DNA of 64,000 bases from positions 1,536,001 to 1,600,000 of the forward strand of contig OY759599.1 of the NCBI GenBank assembly GCA_963662465.1. The letters run 5' to 3'. The notes beneath the pieces are model-generated. The model saw only the letters and a program-made list of their open reading frames with translations, did not search any database and was not told where the DNA came from. This stretch comes from Desulfatiglandales bacterium (lineage in GTDB: Bacteria > Desulfobacterota > DSM-4660 > Desulfatiglandales > Desulfatiglandaceae). A program made the position numbers and the translations under genes. Positions 61,697 to 64,000 of this stretch are shown here, one piece after another; positions within the stretch are counted from its first letter, which is position 1; each line of letters starts with the position of its first letter.

Positions 61697-62084
61697 CTTC
61701 ACTTTTGGATTAACAATCTGAAAAGGGAGCGAACACAAGATATAGGGGTCTCAAACATTTGTCGAAAGCGGTTTTCAAATACGGACCGGATGCAATATGT
61801 GGCTCATATCACAACGTCGTCTTTGGTTGTGGTACGTTGGAGATATACCCGGTTTCGTTAACAATATAGGAACCACAATATATGGTATGACCGCCCGCTA
61901 TTGGAAAAGCGTTGTGTCGGGTTTGAGAACCGATTAGTGAGCCCAGGACTTACTCTTCCAAAACGGAAGGCCGCCAAAGTTATTGTTCTGTGGGATGAAA
62001 AATCCTTGACGGAACAGTTATATTAGGAAACCTTCACTTTTGGATTAACAGTCTGAAAATGGCGTGACCACAAAATATAGAGGT
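61697..62084. repeat. ~53-bp degenerate direct repeat (61697-61750, 62032-62084) with NrdR-box-like motifs
   Basis: CTTCACTTTTGGATTAACA(A/G)TCTGAAAA...CACAA(G/A)ATATAG twice; a third CACAATATATGGT at ~61874. Confidence 0.65.
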
Positions 62085-62162
62085 TTGTTTGTTGTTGACG
62101 TACAAGGGGCATTTCTCTATAGCCTCTCCCAAAAAAAGCAAGGTCTTAACAGACAGATCGGA

Positions 62163-64000
62163 TCAAAACCCATATTTTGTTGAATGACCTTTGGGAATAT
62201 CTCGCTGTTCCTCTGAAGTCCCCCTCTGCTGTCCGGATGAAGAGGCACCACCCCCGCCAATACTTCCAAACGTGTCCCGGTTGACCGTTTTTGATCCGAC
62301 CTGCTTTTGCCAACCGCCGTCGGCCGGTTGCGGCAGGGCATTGTTGCCCGCCCAGATCTTGTAGTTCGCCTTGGCGATCTTAAACATTGTCTGGATGTTT
62401 TGGATCAGACCGGCCTTGTCATCGGCGGAAAGGTCGGGTGCCTCGCGGATCGCCTTGGTCAGTTTGCTTAAGATCATCTTTTGGGCGACAACCTCTCCGA
62501 CCTTTTTCATGATAGTCACGAAGGCCTTGTCGTAATTGCCCGTGGAATAGGCGCAGAGCGACGAGAATGTGGTGAAGCCCCAGCTTATGCCGCTACCGTA
62601 TACGGGCATTAGTTTCAGGGTCTCGCGCAGGACGACCTGTTGGGGCGTGTGCGCCTCGAACATGCAGGCAAAGAGCTGCTGCCACGAGGGATCGGACTCG
62701 AAGGTGGCGGTATAGAAAAAGTTCTGAGTCAGGTCGCCGAAATCCCAGGCCTCTCTGCTGCCAACGCGAGGTCGAAGCGCGGTCATGAACGAGTATTCGC
62801 CGGTGACCGCCAGTGCCACGCCGGGATACCGGTACTTGCCGAATTGGTGCTGCGGCCCGCCGCCGCCCTGTTTGACCTGCACGGGCATGATACCATCGAC
62901 GACCAGCACCGCCTCCTTGTCGTTCAGACGCGCGAAGGCCAAGGGGCCGCGATAGACCTGCAGTTTGACCGGGGCGCCGAACACCTCGTTGGGACCGATC
63001 AGCACCTCAGGCCGCAGATTGACCTTGATGTCGGGCTGCATGCGAGCCCGCCGGGCGCCTTGACGGCAGGTGTCGTAGCCCTCGAACCAGGCTCCGACAT
63101 CCAGGCCGGGTCGAAGGGCCGAGGCTACCGTCAGAACCAGGGCATGCGTCGCCAGCCGCGAGGGCTCGGTGTCGACCAGTATCAGCTTGGCGCCGGTATA
63201 GGCGAGGCCCAGGCCGACACGAAAGGGCAGCGTCTTGGAATCCAGGACTTTGCCCTCGTCGTCCAGGACCTCGAAAGTGATGGTCTTGTCGACCTTGCGG
63301 GTGCGCTGCTTGTCGTCGGCGCCGTTGTCATAGGCCAAGATTTCGAGCCGCGGCGCGTCTAGGGCAATATTGTGCGCCTCATCCTCGTCGCTTTGCATAT
63401 AGCGCAGACGCTTCCAGCCGTCGCCCTCAACTTTGATGTCGAAGCGCGCCGGGAAGCCCGGCCAGTTAGGGATCAGTGCGCCCTGACCTGATGGGTCGGC
63501 TGGGCAGGCGGTCACCTTCAAAGTTGCGTTTTTTGTGACCGAAGAATCCTTTATTAAGTCTTTCTTCTCCTCTCCCTGTAAGGAGCCGCTGACCACCAAC
63601 CCTCTGCTCCCGGCATTATATTCTCCGGTCATGTCCACGCGGAAACCACCCGATCCGGCGCCCTTAGGCACTTGAAGCGTCAGATTGAAGGACCGAGACT
63701 CGCCCTTTTTGAATTTCGCATTAAACTTTCGTTTTTCCTTTCCGGCCCAGAGTTCCACCCTGACCGATGCCCCATAGCCCCAGTCCTGCTTGACGCTGCC
63801 CGACAGGGTCATGGTTCCAGCACCTAGAACACCCTCGTAATGCCTGGCCGTTGTAAAGCCCGGCTTATCCACGGGTTTCCCGCAGACTCCCCCATTGAAA
63901 CTGTAGGTGATCTGCATACCATTAAATGGAGACCCCGGATAGGTACCGCTAACTGTTCCTCCTGAGTCCTTAGCCACACAAACGCCTGTTAAAAGCAGGA
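62163..64000 (-). CDS. Large putative secreted hypothetical protein (>604 aa; start outside window)
   Basis: Frame stays open to the window edge through 'LLLTGVCVA', which resembles a signal-peptide end. Confidence 0.7.
   Translation of the reverse strand, partial: LLLTGVCVAKDSGGTVSGTYPGSPFNGMQITYSFNGGVCGKPVDKPGFTTARHYEGVLGAGTMTLSGSVKQDWGYGASVRVELWAGKEKRKFNAKFKKGESRSFNLTLQVPKGAGSGGFRVDMTGEYNAGSRGLVVSGSLQGEEKKDLIKDSSVTKNATLKVTACPADPSGQGALIPNWPGFPARFDIKVEGDGWKRLRYMQSDEDEAHNIALDAPRLEILAYDNGADDKQRTRKVDKTITFEVLDDEGKVLDSKTLPFRVGLGLAYTGAKLILVDTEPSRLATHALVLTVASALRPGLDVGAWFEGYDTCRQGARRARMQPDIKVNLRPEVLIGPNEVFGAPVKLQVYRGPLAFARLNDKEAVLVVDGIMPVQVKQGGGGPQHQFGKYRYPGVALAVTGEYSFMTALRPRVGSREAWDFGDLTQNFFYTATFESDPSWQQLFACMFEAHTPQQVVLRETLKLMPVYGSGISWGFTTFSSLCAYSTGNYDKAFVTIMKKVGEVVAQKMILSKLTKAIREAPDLSADDKAGLIQNIQTMFKIAKANYKIWAGNNALPQPADGGWQKQVGSKTVNRDTFGSIGGGGASSSGQQRGTSEEQRDIPKGHSTKYGF

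Overview
A 64-kb chromosomal window whose gene content suggests a Desulfobacterota-like (deltaproteobacterial) genome; the taxon is inferred, not proven. It has five parts. (1) 1-4350: the right part of an enlarged IS21-family element, a tyrosine-integrase remnant and tRNA-Arg(TCT). (2) 4.4-34 kb: mostly housekeeping and signalling genes (cobB, cooT, der, RND pump, aminopeptidase, two RsmB/NOP methyltransferases, kinases, J-domain protein, def-fmt-DUF116-rsmB-rpe). (3) 34-42.6 kb: an accessory stretch of small genes and gene fragments, containing a ~1.9-kb non-coding array of repeats and hairpins (40.19-42.0 kb) next to an XRE regulator. (4) 42878-61398: an 18.5-kb nest of seven mobile elements whose ends and target sites can all be read. 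A 2.8-kb IS with a ~778-aa DDE transposase was hit by an ISNCY-like IS, by an IS66 (carrying DUF4338, flanked by a 112-bp duplication, and itself hit by a RIT element and an IS200), and by an IS91-like element (itself hit by a full 4725-bp copy of the six-gene IS21 element). (5) 61.6-64 kb: repeats with NrdR-box-like motifs and a large hypothetical gene running off the window. The best candidates for undescribed biology are the six-gene ParB-carrying IS21 transposon, the structured non-coding array, the IS66-DUF4338 element with its 112-bp target duplication, and the target-mirroring palindrome at the RIT end. All family assignments come from motif recognition by eye; no searches were run.
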